Below the pieces are notes generated by a model that was given only the letters and a program-made list of their open reading frames with translations, made no database searches and was not told where the DNA came from. DNA of 64,000 bases from Octopus sinensis (taxonomy: Eukaryota): positions 1,612,001-1,676,000 of the forward strand of contig NC_043008.1 in NCBI RefSeq assembly GCF_006345805.1. Direction: 5' to 3'. Position numbers and translations under genes: made by a program. Positions 1-12,959 of the stretch are shown in pieces. Positions within the stretch are counted from its first letter, which is position 1, and each line of letters starts with the position of its first letter.

Positions 1-3000
1 GGCAACGTTTGTGTTGAAATATTTCATAAAATCATACGGATGGGTTGCAAGTGATATGAATACAGGTTGCTTTATTATATATATTTTAATATTCTGTGTC
101 AGATGGATCGACTCTATGTTTCATGTATTACAAAAATTGTATGTGTCATGTCGACATTTATCTTACATAAAGCTCTTTTATATTTATAATGTCTAAACAT
201 TATATGATTAAAATATGGCAGACAAAATAAATTAAAAAGCAAACGTGTCATCGAGCATCAATATATTCATGTACATTTGTATATAATGAACTTCTAAAAT
301 TATGCATCTCTTTGCTTTTTTCGCGTGTAATGTTTACTAAATATGTACATGTTGCATGAGAAGTAATATTTTTTAATAACATTGCATGTAGACAGGTAAT
401 ATTAAGTGATATCAGTCTTTTAATCCATTACTGGCAGCTGCCGTTGATGAAAGTAATTAATTCAAGACTATTGAAATCCAAATAGTTGTCAATAAATAGC
501 GAGGTACCTTGCTATCTATAGGATTTGATACTGTTTTGTCGGAAGTGCATAAATATTTACCTTCCTTATTTTTGGGAAGTCAATGCAATTCCTCCAATAA
601 TTGTATATTTGGATGTTTTAGTGAGATAAATTGCATGTTTTCCATTTTATAAACCACACAGAAACCAATGTTTCATAGGTTAACATACGACTCCATAGAC
701 TTGAAGATTCTCCATTTCAACAAGCAAACAACTAACAGCAAAATTCTACGAAATATACACATTCGAATTCTTTCTACTCCAAATCAATGCTTTTTAACAA
801 TTCTATTTAACCAAACCTTTTATGTGTCTGTTATAAAATTCCAACTGATTGTAATTAAAAATATTTATAAAGGAAATATTACACACATTAACTCATTAAA
901 AAGTATACAAAGTACGAACAACAAAATTTGTTGTTATATATGAGTGTGTGTGTGCGTGCGTGTACGTGTTCGTGTGTGTGTTGATGTATGTATAAAACAG
1001 TATTATTCACTAAGAATTGCTCTTCGTCATTTTTAATTTGGTTACCAAAGTTTGTTTGAAAGGTTACTTCGCTTTCTATAAAGGTTCAAACTAGATCAAT
1101 AGGCAGTGGATCATATTTTTGGAAATACGTAAACGCAGTGCTATTGGATGTTTAGATCGTTTGTCTTTTATATACATATCGCTTAGAGCTTAACAAGCAA
1201 AAACATGGCAAAATCCTTTATTCTGCAGCTGATTACAAACGGATTTTACATATTCCTCAGAACAGAAAAAGAAAATGAGAAATCTGCAGCATGTTTGGGA
1301 GACGAAGAAACCTGTTTTTATTCTTACGTGCGGCACTAAAAGTATAAAAATCGCATGAACAAGTCAAAATAACATTCGCATTCATTCTACAACTGGTTGA
1401 TTTAATTCCTGATCTGTATGTACTCTTCATGCATTTCGGCTTTGGATACCAAGTTCCAAACTTTGTCAAATATATTGAATTCTCTCAAAGTCTCCACCAC
1501 ACTTGGCCAATCCTCTTTTTCACGTTCTTACGACGTCCTGTGTTTTATGTTCATAATAACCTTGTACTTATTCGTCTTCAAGATGTTTTCAGCCGCTCTT
1601 TGTCAATATTTTAACGAATATTACGAAAGGCATTATTCTCCATTGCTCTGTGTCTGAACCCTTCCTTCATTGGCTGCCCAACTACTTCATTCCACTCGTA
1701 ATATTATACAACAGCTTGACAAACACATTAGTATTTATGGGATTTTAGTTAGCCGCATAGGTAGTTGTGTCGTCAAGTTACCGATTTCTGTACAGCTAGT
1801 AACCGTTTGTCGCATTAGAAAAGGATATTGTCTCTGTATAAAACATTTTAGCCCAAGGTGTTCTTGCTGTTTCGTGTTTTTTCCTTCCAAAACATTGTGT
1901 AGATAAAACTTGGATAATTGAAGTTGTAAGTATTTGAAGTTATATTTCTTTTTCTCCCTGTCTCAAGTATTTGAAATTCTCTTTGTTGGCCATTTCTTTG
2001 CTTTCCATTTTAAATAAATAAAATTGGAACAAATGAGTTGCTTACACTATTGTATTGTAGTAAAATATTTGAAATTGAACATGATATCCAGGACCCATAT
2101 TTATGTTGTCTAATGATCGAAGTTGTCTGAGATTATTGACTTCAATAAAATGCGCATTGCATCTACCAAGGCAGTTTTAAAAACATTTGTTCTAAGCAGC
2201 ATTTTCTGCATAGTGCGATGCAAATTATAAGCATGTTGGATGTTGTTGGAATACTCCATTACTAAACATTCATTTGCGGTGATGGTCGCCGCAAATGTTA
2301 TTCCTGTAGCTTATTCAGATACTTATTCGCCGCCAAAGATTGCTCAGAGACGTATGTGATGAAGACATTTCCAATAAGTCGGATAACTCTATGTGTCGGA
2401 GTAGCCACAGTGAATTCCGGTGTTTCTTTTTGGTAAATGAATTTCCTCAAATCGTTTCGCAGGTCCGTTTTCTTTTTTCGTTTAAATATCTTGCCTATTT
2501 CATTTAAAGGCCTCGAAGGTCGATGGCTTGTAGTTTCTAGCATTTTTTTTCTTGCGGTGTAAGTATTACTGCATTGAACCATCTTTAGTTGATACTGTTT
2601 TACTTGTAGAAGCAATGAAGTGCTTCATAATGGCTTTCATGTAACTGCTTCAGATATATTTAAGATACCGGAAATTAGGTTGCCTTTTCATGGTGGCTTA
2701 TCTCTCTCGTTGTTTGTACTTTCAAGTTTCTATGCCGTTATTTCAAGACATTATCGCGTTGTTGTGGCTCGAAAAATTTTACAGGATTTTATGAATGTTA
2801 TTTCTGACACTCAAAATTGATATCGATTATATATACTTCATTTTCTCAGCGTCCTATTTCTTTTATTTTCTGCCTTTTCTACCCAGTTGGATTTATTGTC
2901 GTTATGACCTTTTCTGTATCGGTTTTGTGCTGGGTTTAAATCATTTCTGAATTGTTCTATGATGTAGCTGTTTTATTGTCTTTTCTATTTTCCTTTTTCA

Positions 3001-4167
3001 CTATTCTCTGATTTCAACACCGCTGCTCCTATAATGACTCTATTTTCAATTATTTTGAGGGTATTTCTGGTTTTTCAGCAAATCCAATGTAAAAGTCATC
3101 GCATGTTTCCCTCCCTTTAGATTGCACATTCTACCCCGATATATCCACGAAGTTTTCGAACTAAGATTATCTTCTAATTATTGAGCTTTTAATAGTTTTA
3201 AAAAATTTGTTTTGCATATTTCACTAGTATAAATGGTCGTCGTTAGTGTGCCTTTGCGGAGTTTAGGTCTTCCCATTTATGGTTGTGCAATAGACTTTAT
3301 GACGATTAATGTATAATTTCAGTTTGTCTCAAGTAATTACAGATGATAATGCATACACCACGTGGAGTATTTTGCCACCGTACTGTGACAGTAACAAGTT
3401 ACCCTGGAAACAAGCAATAGCATTGAATACAATGACACTGATACTATCATTTTGTTTTGTCTACGTAATAAAATGAATTTTATTTTAATTCCAGTTTCAC
3501 TTCCAGTAGAATGTCTCAAGTGCACATCTGTTTCCCATGAGACATACCCGTTCTTAAGCATAAGATATGACATATATTATATTTTATCTTCTTCCATTCG
3601 TTTACGATCGTCCGCGGAGTTAAAAGGCACATAAAATGCTTCAAGGATTGTTTCTATCCATTCTTTCGCTTTGGTTACGGCGAAGAGCCTTTTTAACGTC
3701 GCTCCCATTTAACGTCGCTTCAATTCTGCTAAGCGGAAATTTATAGCGATAACTTTTTATTGAGAATACATATTATTTCGGAACTTTCTGCCCCACTCGC
3801 TAGTGATTCGAATATTAAAATTGATGGGCGCACGTCCCTGGATTCTTATTTAATGCATTAGACTCAGCATCGTCTCAAGGTAGTCTGTACTCGTGACACA
3901 AGTGCCTCGCATCTTAGATGATTCTACAGTCATTAACGAAATTAGTACAGATTAAGACAGAATTCATCATTTATAAATAATGAAATAAATTAAACGGAAT
4001 ATTTGCAAACGGAAACATTTATAGGGGTCAGTCACTGGGTTTTCTCACATATACTTGTGATTGTGTGCGTCACTAGAGTTGAGTTACTTGTTCACAGCAA
4101 TATTCAGGGTAGCGTGTTTCACTAATAATAAAAAGATAATTCATAATGAAGGCAACACTTAGATATA

Positions 4168-5416
4168 TTAGCTTGTCAAGAAGGTCCTTGCGTGTTTTAA
4201 CCTTTAAATTCAGATGCACATACCTCAGCTCAAACAAAACTTTAATAATCGAAGTAAGCACCATCAGAATCCATAGACATTTCCCAAAGCGAAGCAAATT
4301 CATTTATGGCAGTAGCGTGACAATCCTCCGTTCTGGTGGCGATTAAGTCATTGAAGGTGTGTTTGGCATTGTCTTGGGTGTTGTAGCATTTTCTCACGCA
4401 GGAAGATGTCGAGATGCATGAAAAAGCGGTAGTCGGTAGGCGAGAGGTCTGGTGAGCATGGTGGATGACGCAGGGTCGGTTGTGCGACGTGCGGCCGAGC
4501 GTTATCGTGGAAAAGGATTGGTCCTCTTCTATTGACCAATGCTGGCAGTTGTTGTCCGAGTTTTTTATGCATTTCATCCATTTGCTGACAGTACTTCTCC
4601 GCCGTAATGGTTTCGTCTGGATCCAAAAAGCTATGATGGATGAGACCGGCCGCAGACCACCAAACAGTCACAATGACCTTCGGTTTGTGTAAATTCGTTT
4701 TCGAGAAGTGCCATGGAGCTTCGTCGGCGTCCAACCACTCAGCTGAGCGTCACCGGTTCTCGTAAAGAATCCACATTTCATCGCAAGTCACAATCCGCTC
4801 GAGAAACGGGTCTTTCTTGTGGCGTAAAGAAGGGAAGACGATTCTTCAAAACGACGTTTTTGTTTATTTTTGTCATTCAATTCTTGCGGCACCCATTTCT
4901 CAAGTATTTTTGTTTTCCCATTCTCTTTCAAGTGCTTGGAAATTGTCGTATACGTTACGTCTAATTCAGAAGCAAGCTCTCGAGCAGTTGTTCGTGGATT
5001 GGCTTCGACTAAGGCTCTTTGTTGAACGTTGTCAATATCCGATGGCCGACTACCACTACGCTTATGATCTCGTCACCGCTACGAAATTCCTTGACCCATC
5101 ATTGTGTTTTACGTTCATTAGTGGTTACTACGCCAAATGCATCGTTGATATCGGGAGCTGTTTCAGCAGCTTTTCGGCCTAGCTTCAACTGGAATAAGAA
5201 AATTGTGCGAATTTGCTTTTTGTCCATGTTATATTCAACGTTCCGGAAAATATGACCTAATTATTCAAAAAGATAGAGAGTAACACGATAAGATAGAACG
5301 AACAACGGGCTTTCAAACAATATATAAAATCAAAGTAATCTAACGAGAATTATTTTGAAAATACATAATTTAAAACCAAAATTAAAAATGCTGCAAGAAC
5401 TTACTTGACAACCTTA
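4168..5416 (-). mobile_element. Full-length degenerate mariner DNA transposon (Hsmar1/cecropia-like), about 1.25 kb, with imperfect TIRs
   Basis: Left end ttagcttgtcaagaaggtccttgc (4168-4191, preceded by TA) matches the reverse complement of the right end, taaggttgtcaagtaagttcttgc (ends 5416), at 19/24 positions. The TIRs enclose a mariner transposase relic. Confidence 0.9.
4242..5227 (-). pseudogene. Mariner D,D34D transposase pseudogene (stops and frameshifts)
   Basis: Manual translation of the minus strand gives MDKKQIRTIFLFQLKLGRKAAETA..., RPSDIDNVQQRALVEANPRTTARELA, PFLERIVTCDEMWILYEN, VTVWWSAAGLIHHSFL, LFHDNARPH, SPDLSPTDY and ...DSDGAYFDY*. These are the diagnostic mariner motifs in the correct order. 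Confidence 0.93.
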
Positions 5417-6869
5417 TGATTCAAAATTTATATTAAATAATCGATAAAACTACACCTAATTAATTATAAACAGTTTCTTTTTTCATTAATTCTCCAGTAC
5501 ATAGTTTTAATGACATATCTCTCGCGTACTTGATCTAAAGAGCCTTTAGTACGAAAAGTTACACAACATTGAGATTCAACTAAAAGTAGCTCCTGGAATT
5601 TCGTATTTTGCTCAGGCCACATATTAGCTTTCTTGTCTCTATCATCATGTACTCCATCCTCTTGTTTACATGAATTAGTTTTATTTCTAAATGAACGCAG
5701 AAAAGAGCACTAAAACAACCTTGTGAATATATTCCTGATATTACAAATCACCATTTATCTTAATGAGTAGGTTTGAGTAATGAAGAGACGTCAGTATTCC
5801 TCTTACTTCACGTGCCTATATGCGCGTTGCTGAGTAGATTTCGACACAATAGTAAGAAATTAATTAAGTTCCAAAAATCTTATAAAACCTAATTCCACAG
5901 CAGAAACACCTGATCTTGGTTTCAGCATCCCATCATCCTACAATTTCTGAATGATTTCATTGATTTACTACTTCAATACAATGGCGTCGACTTTACTTCA
6001 TTCCACTATCAACTTCTGTAACTTTATCAATTTTGACTTATACTTGAGAATAATGATAAATGAGAACTTGTTTCTTGTTTTTTTTGTTTGTTCTATTGCA
6101 ATTGTTTACTTAAGGTGACTTAGGGACTGATGTTAGTGTCTGAATATCTACTTCGGTATGAATTGGGAAGAATCATGATACAAAACCTTCGATCAGTGAT
6201 TCCTCTGTATTTATGTAAGTGGGGAACTACAGTTCTCAGTGCTATTTCTCTTTTCAGTGGCTGAATTGTTTTTAAAAGAGTTTTAGACAAATGCGAATAT
6301 AAAGATGCTCTCCGATTAAGCAGTGTGAACTTTCATATATGTTTTGTCTCTTTCTCTTTCATTCCGCCGAATGTTCAGTCATATATTTAAATCTTAACTG
6401 TTTCCTCAAGGCATCCCAAGTAATCGTGAATTTTGTCAAAGTGAAATATTTTATTGACATGTTAGCAATAGTTATAAGTTAAAAGTCGCTGCATTTAATT
6501 TCCTTGCCTCTACCGCAGGCCCTGTGCATTTCCAACAACATCATTGTACAACCATGCTTCAGATAGTGACTTGGCGTTTTCCTAGAACTAAATATTTTAA
6601 CGAGGTTGTTTCCGCATAAGTGCTGATTTTTCTTAATTGCTGCTTCTAACAGCAGAGTAGCCCCATACGCTACTGCTGCTGACGTTCATGCTTATTTCTG
6701 ATGTAATGATAAAACCCTCGATACTTTCGTTCATGTACAGTCATTGCTTTTAATGTGGCTAATACAACACCCTGTATAAATCGAATCCACGAGGTAAAGT
6801 TAATCATTGTTAATTTACCTTCAATGACAATGTAGCAGAAAGACAAATTCAAATGCAATAAACAAATAA

Positions 6870-7100
6870 TAATAATAAAATGCCCTGATGAAGTACCATG
6901 CAGTGGCTCTCATGATTTCTGTTCTTAACTGATTGGAAGTTTATCATGTACATTGTTTTCTCTTCGTATAAAAGACGGGCTACCGTAAATGTTCTCTTAA
7001 CAGATTTGCTTGTCAGTTGTTTTTTGGGGGACTGTTGCCTCGTAAGAGTTCATTAGCATTTATATTAGGCTAAAAAAATTAGTCTCGCTCCCAGTTTGAA
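6870..7100 (-). mobile_element. Degenerate fragment of an octopus-type SINE (family D in this report)
   Basis: The string gcagtggctctcatgatttctgttcttaactgattggaagtttatcatgtacattgtttt...gatttgcttgtcagttgttt resembles a common octopod interspersed repeat. This is recalled similarity; boundaries and strand are approximate. Confidence 0.45.
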
Positions 7101-7711
7101 TACGAGGCATTTGTGGTTCTCATCGGCATCATGGCAAAATGGGCTTTTCATCACAGTTGTCCCAGTTCAATATAAATCCCGCGATACAATAACATCTTGA
7201 GAATATAAACAAAAAAGAAAAAAAGAGGAAGAGGAAATGTGTAACTAACTTTCGTTATCTTCGTGCTGTCCGGCCTCTAAAGCTGTGTATTTTTCGCCAT
7301 ACTGTGAAGTCACCCAAATTTGGTAATCCTTCAAACGTCCAAGATTTTCATTTTTGATTTTACCATTACATTTCGGAGATTCTTTGGATTATGCAGATAG
7401 CATTTTTCTGTAGGAGCACCCACTGTTTTGCAGAAGGTGCGCATAAATATGTTTTCAATGTTAACTGCTTTCAGCAAGAACAAATATTTTGCAATTTTCT
7501 GTAACTATTTAAAGATGGCTGATTAAGAAGCCATCATAATGTTTGATAAAAGTACACACTCCTTGTCGACAAATTTTTGGGAACAAGGAAAGAATTGAGA
7601 ATATCAACATCAGATGACCTAAACGTGATGACGTCACCGAGGCGAAACATGTTTCGTCTCTAAGCAACGTCAAAGCATTAGGTGTCGACAAAGAGAACAA
7701 CAGCAACAGCC

Positions 7712-7733
7712 ATTATTATTATTATTATTATTA

Positions 7734-7769
<36 letters not shown>

Positions 7770-7905
7770 TATTATTATTATTATTATTTTCCGATGGATT
7801 TTGATGTTATTTCATCTTCCGAACGGGCTCAACCAGAGACCTAAGGCACGCGTATATTAGATAAAGAGAAGCCTCCTCACAATGTGGGTGGTTCATGTCT
7901 AAACA

Positions 7906-7973
<68 letters not shown>

Positions 7974-7990
7974 GATTATTATTATTATTA
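7712..7990. repeat. Two (ATT)n microsatellites (about 7712-7788 and 7907-7990)
   Basis: Directly visible trinucleotide arrays. Confidence 0.95.
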
Positions 7991-8266
7991 ATGATGTTGT
8001 TCTTGATGTTATCAGCATGATTATTATTGGAATATTGTTACTTGGTTAATGAAAACTTCCTAGAGGCAGCTGTTTTGAAATTTGAAAAAAAAAAAAAAAA
8101 CGGAAGAAGTCAAATAATTTATTAATTCTAAATTCAACGATAATTTAGAAGCTGAGGAAAAGAAAAAACATGATTGTTTGAAGGCAACGGCGTCAATACA
8201 AACATTCCGATCTTTAAGGCCGCTGACACTCAACTATTAAATATTATAGTTAACTCCAAGGCGCCA

Positions 8267-8410
8267 AATTGTCAGTAGGTTTAGCGCATCAAACATAACG
8301 CTTGGTGGCATTTTTCCGTTTTCCGGCTCTTTACATTCTCACATTGTATTTCATTATTTCGTGGGTGATAAAATTGGTATTACTTGAGCACTGGGGCTCA
8401 TGAAATCGAC
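8267..8410 (+). mobile_element. Highly degenerate family-A SINE relic
   Basis: The segments ...cttggtggcatttttccgtt... and ggtattacttgagcactggggctcatgaaatcgac loosely match the family-A copies at 12294 and 58019. Confidence 0.35.
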
Positions 8411-9157
8411 GAAGACCCTCAGCAAACATTTGGTTTCGCTGTGCCTAAAGTCGAGCGACAAAATTATAAGTAGCTGACTAATGTTGTTGTTATTCTTATT
8501 GTTCTTACCTTGCTATTGTTGCAACAAAAACGATCACCGTGAACTTTAATCACACCGAAACATTTATGCTTTTAATTTGGCACTTGCAACAGTTTTGCTT
8601 TTACACGTCTAGTAAAGTTCATCCAATATCTAGTAGACGTTTCATAACTTCTTCAATCAGTAATTCAAAGCACAGTTTCTGAGAGGAGAAATGATAAGAT
8701 AATGTCCCCGACATGTAAGAGCTATCGATTTATGAGGCTTGCTATAATAGTTTCTGTTTACAAACCAGATGTTCTGAGTGACATATTATTTTATATTGAA
8801 TAATATTCTGCGGACAACATGTTGCTACATAACTCATCAACAGTTTTATCTTCAGTGTACCCCAGAATGTGTTCGCTGCTGAGTAATATTTAATAGTTAT
8901 AATGAGAATTGATGCTGCACAGCTTGAGGCATTTCTCACAGGATAGTCTGCACTGAGCACTCTGCAAGCTAGAGGTGCACCACTGAGACAAACGGTACAG
9001 TATTCACGACTGATTGGAGAGATGAGGTTTAACTGTGTGTTTGAATTTCAGGTAATAACACATTAATGTGACTTCTCCAGTATTCGTTTTACAGAAGTGA
9101 TGTTACTAAAAAGTGCTAAATATTCAAACTTTAATTCGATTTTCATGCATGCATTTC

Positions 9158-9575
9158 TCTATGGTCACAGATGCCGCGTAGAAGCTGAAAGAACTACAGT
9201 GATTGCAAACGGCTAAATTGAGTGTCATCGAATGATCTCTGGGACGACGTAACTTGATAGATTGCACAACTCCGAAATCACAGACAGTCTCCAAGTCGAG
9301 CTGTAGAGATCACAGTTTCCATACTACTTTGATTGGAATATCCCAGGAAAGAATCCCAAGACGGATTCTGCAGGCCGAGTCAACCGTCGAAAGCTATAAG
9401 TGGTAAACCAAGGATGAGATATTTGGATATTATCCATATAGTCTTAGTTGATTTCCACTGGGGATCCAATAGGGAAGTTTAAAGATGGTTGTATCTGATA
9501 GGATACTATATAGGGGGTGCCGTAGGATTCTAAGCAAATGACCCTACCAGTTGTGCGCGTCGAAGAGCGATGGAT
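9158..9575 (+). mobile_element. 3' fragment of an RTE-clade LINE (RT C-terminal region)
   Basis: Translation fragments LYG..., ECHRMISGTT*LDRLHNSEI and ERIPRRILQAE...GKPRMRYLDII match the typical RTE ORF C-terminus (LRRILGV..LDRI.N.EI ... PRRIL ... RGRPR.RW.D.I). Confidence 0.7.
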
Positions 9576-10568
9576 GGAGACATTTTACTTGAGTTGTTTT
9601 GGAATTGCTCGTGTGGCTCTAAACACTGGAGAAGCTGAATGATTTAACATTATACGAATCACAAAACGGTAAATGGTCTAGAGTTATGTAATCCCTCACA
9701 TGGTGAACAGTGAAATCGAACTCAGAGGCATTTGAACTGAGAAAATAAAGTCGGAATAAGTGCTGCCATGGTCCTGTAACGATTATGTCGGTTCGTCGCT
9801 TTCACTAAGATAAGATATTTATATAAATTTTGCATATAGCGAAATACTTCAACAACGATTTATTTTTAAGGTATTTAGACACGTGCTAATACGTCTAAAC
9901 ATGTTCCTGGATATATCATTGCGTGAACACACAAACAGAAAAAGAATGGAGTTACAGATTAAAGGATGTCTGCATACGTGCACATTATACAATGCAGATA
10001 AACATTGCACAACATTCGACTCTTGATAATTTATTCAATTGCAGGCGTGTGTATAAGAAATTACCTCTGCAATCTCCGTTTTATAATTTTCTCATACACA
10101 CAAATTATAGTACAATCGAATTTCTACAGAGATAGATAAATTCATTTTCGTTACCGTTAATTGCTTATTTTCTTCTTCGGATATGTATAGAAAGAAAATC
10201 ATATAATATTGTCTTCACTAATTACATCATTTACTATTCTTATGCACAATACGTCATGCAAAAAGAACTAATTATTATTATTACGATGCATGTATTTTAG
10301 CCTACGAGATTCATAGTGCGCAAATATTACATTTTTTACGCAGTTATTTATATATATATAACGTTTTAATTAGTCACTTTTAATACATTTTATTTACATA
10401 TATATATCCACATTTCCACGAGACTTGCATCCAAGAAGAAAATATGTAAAATATTTTCTTGTAAACGTGATTCAACGTTATTTATATTTTTTTCGTTTAT
10501 TGGTTTCTAAACTGTAAAAAATCTTAGCATACACGTAACGCATTGTTAGATGGAAATAAAAGAAATTT

Positions 10569-10630
10569 GTGTGTGTATGTGTGTGTGTGTGTGTATGTAT
10601 GTATATTTGTGTGTTTGTGCGTGTATGTGG

Positions 10631-10722
<92 letters not shown>

Positions 10723-11052
10723 CATACATTTACACATGTATACCTATATATGCATGTTTGTGTGTGTTTATGTTTTTCTTATTGTGTATGTCATATTTTA
10801 TGTCTCTATGTATATATTTATGTATATAATACTTTAATGATGATAAATTCTAGCATATATGTGAAATTATTTAAATGTCCACATGTCCAGAAATGCATTC
10901 TGTATTTAGGTTCATAGTATGTACATAAAGTTACATGGAAATTCATCGTTCTATCAACAAATTCAAGACTTATCTGGGGATTGAACTTATATTGACCATT
11001 TATATATTTGAACATGTTCTCTTATACAAACACACACACACACATACACACA

Positions 11053-11137
<85 letters not shown>
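10569..11137. repeat. Compound (TG)n/(TA)n and (CA)n/(TA)n microsatellites (about 10569-10730 and 11028-11137)
   Basis: Directly visible. They generate the YIYI/HTHT/CVCV pseudo-ORFs in the track. Confidence 0.95.
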
Positions 11138-11143
<6 letters not shown>

Positions 11144-11159
11144 TTTATAACTTTCAGTA

Positions 11160-11580
11160 ATGGATAATCGCTTCCCAGTCCCACCATACGCACACCATCG
11201 TCTTACGCAGATGAAGATCTTGTTTCACGTTAGGTGTTGCTTGTTTACCGGGCTGAGACATTCCTTACGCTGCTTCATATTGATGTACAGGCAACATTTA
11301 TTTTTCGTCGCCTTTAACGATTCGGTAAAGAAATCGTTGCTTGTGTCCATCAGTTGAGCAGTGACGAGCAAGCAAACCAGCGGAGATTGTGGCTCTTTGA
11401 TTTTTCCTGTAGCCAATTAAAGCATTCGGAACCCATGCTCCATACTTCTGAACCTTTCCCATCGAGTGACGATGCTTCTCTATAGCAGTGTGTGAGTATT
11501 CCATTTTCTCTGCCAGTTTCTGTGTCGAGTGACGAGAATCTTCGTGCAAAAGCTGGTTTAATCTCTCTTTCAACATGGCT
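11160..11580 (-). pseudogene. Internal fragment of a second mariner transposase (different subfamily from 4242-5227)
   Basis: Translations LAEKMEYSHTAIEKHRHSMGKVQKYGAWVPNAL (WVPHEL motif), RFLYRIVKGDEK, CLYINMKQRKECLSP and KTMVCVWWDWEAIIH. No TIRs were seen. Confidence 0.88.
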
Positions 11581-12293
11581 AAATAAGGATTTTCCTGCTT
11601 AGGGAGCAGTTTTTGACTGGAGGTATGGCTGCACTGTTGAATAGGGTTGTCTTTTTCGCATTTGTTGTAGTTTTTGTCTTTGTTGTTTTCGTCATTGTTT
11701 TGGTGTCATCGTAAAATGACTGGACCAGCATTGCTGCGGTAGGCAATGCTTTTACTGTGGTGTGTGAGTTGGTTTGGAGCCCCATTTCTGTTAGTGCGTA
11801 GGGTCCCCGGAAAATGAGTGAAGGTCCAATAAGGCAACAGATATACCGGCAGATTCTAGGACTCCTTGTTATGCGTGTTTTCACACTCAAATTACTATTG
11901 TGTGGTGTTGATGTTGATGTTATTTTAATACGAGTGCTTGGACCTTGGATTGTAGTATTTGTCTGGATTGTGCGACTAGTGCCAGTTAGATGTGAAAAGA
12001 TGCAGGCACTACGTGTGCTGAGGCTGTACCGTAAGGAATGACGGCATATTTTTGGCTTCCATTTTCGTGTCGTGGGAGACATATTCCGCTTCATACCGGA
12101 TTCTGGTGGCGATGTAAGGGGTTCAGGTAGGATTCTGGTGGCGATGTAGGGGAAAAAAACAGAGGTTTATTTTTGGTATTTAAGTTGTAGAAAACGATGG
12201 TGGCAGCGGAGATGATCACGATGATGATGACGACGTTGATAAATTGTGTGTGAGTGTTGAGTGAGAAAGAGGCGAAAGGATATTATCATTCAA

Positions 12294-12519
12294 GGCGGCG
12301 AGCTGGCAGAAACGTTAGCACGCCGGGCGAAAGGCTAAGTAACATTTCGTCTGCTGTTACGTTCTGAGTTCAAATTCCGCCGAGGTCGACTTTGCCTTTC
12401 ATCCTTCCGGGGTCGATAGATTAAGTACCAGTTACGCACTGGGGTCGATCTTATCGACTTAATCACTTTGTTCTTGTTTGTCCCCTCTATGTGTAACCCC
12501 TTGTGGGCAAGAAAGAAAT
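12294..12519 (+). mobile_element. Family-A SINE, full length, with perfect 18-bp target-site duplication
   Basis: Head ggcggcgagctggcagaaacgttagcacgccgggcg, B-box-like gagttcaaattcc, tail ...gtcccctctatgtgtaaccccttgtgggcaagaaagaaat. The TSD aaggatattatcattcaa occurs at 12276-12293 and 12520-12537. Confidence 0.93.
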
Positions 12520-12539
12520 AAGGATATTATCATTCAATA

Positions 12540-12959
12540 AAATCAGCTATTATACTAGAATATAGGAGCGTGTCTTCCTGTTGTTGATGTTGTTGTTCTT
12601 GTTGTTGCTGTTCCTGATTTTCTGGCTGTTGTCGTTGTCCTTTAGCTTGTTTCTGTTCATGATTTTCTGACTGTTGTTGTCGTTGCTGTGCTTGACGAAT
12701 GTTTAAAAAAGAAAATATATCGAAGTTTTTCAAAATGACCCTGAATTAGTTTGAAGGAAACTTGGATGTGTTTTAGTTTGCTGCGAATCTGCATAACAGT
12801 TCGCGTGTTGAGTGTTTGCGTTGTTTCTTCGGCAATCCCATTTAGACACGAAGTGTTTATGTTTTCTGTTTGGCAGACAGAAAGCCACGTGCTTATTAGG
12901 AGGTCAATTTCATTATCACAACAATTTCGTTTGTTGTAAGTTTGCTGGTTATTTGCCAC
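12540..12959 (-). pseudogene. Decayed ORF with a Myb/SANT-like (trihelix) DNA-binding domain followed by a Gln-rich tract
   Basis: KRNCCDNEIDLLISTW...GIAEETTQTLNTRTVMQIRSKLKHIQVSFK...GHFEKLRYIF fits the trihelix pattern W.D.E...LI..W...IA...RT..Q.R.K.K.L...YK...YFEKL..IF. A Q-rich run follows in a shifted frame after a poly-T tract. Confidence 0.5.

Noticed and set aside
1250-3330. Possible decayed Penelope/LTR coding sequence (for example minus-strand ETCDDFYIG, reminiscent of GIY-YIG)
   Set aside because: One short motif with no supporting RT or nuclease motifs in order. It cannot be classified by eye.
5580-6650. Possible Gypsy RT/RNase H relic on the minus strand (KVDAI..., WPEQ..KFQEL)
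   Set aside because: The matches are too fragmentary and the spacing is inconsistent. It needs a profile search.
7625-7658. Hammerhead-like string gtgatga-cgtcaccgaggc-gaaacatgtttcgtc with a 14-bp palindrome
   Set aside because: G3 faces G8 (no compensation), stem II is broken and there is no stem I. At most it is a dead relic.
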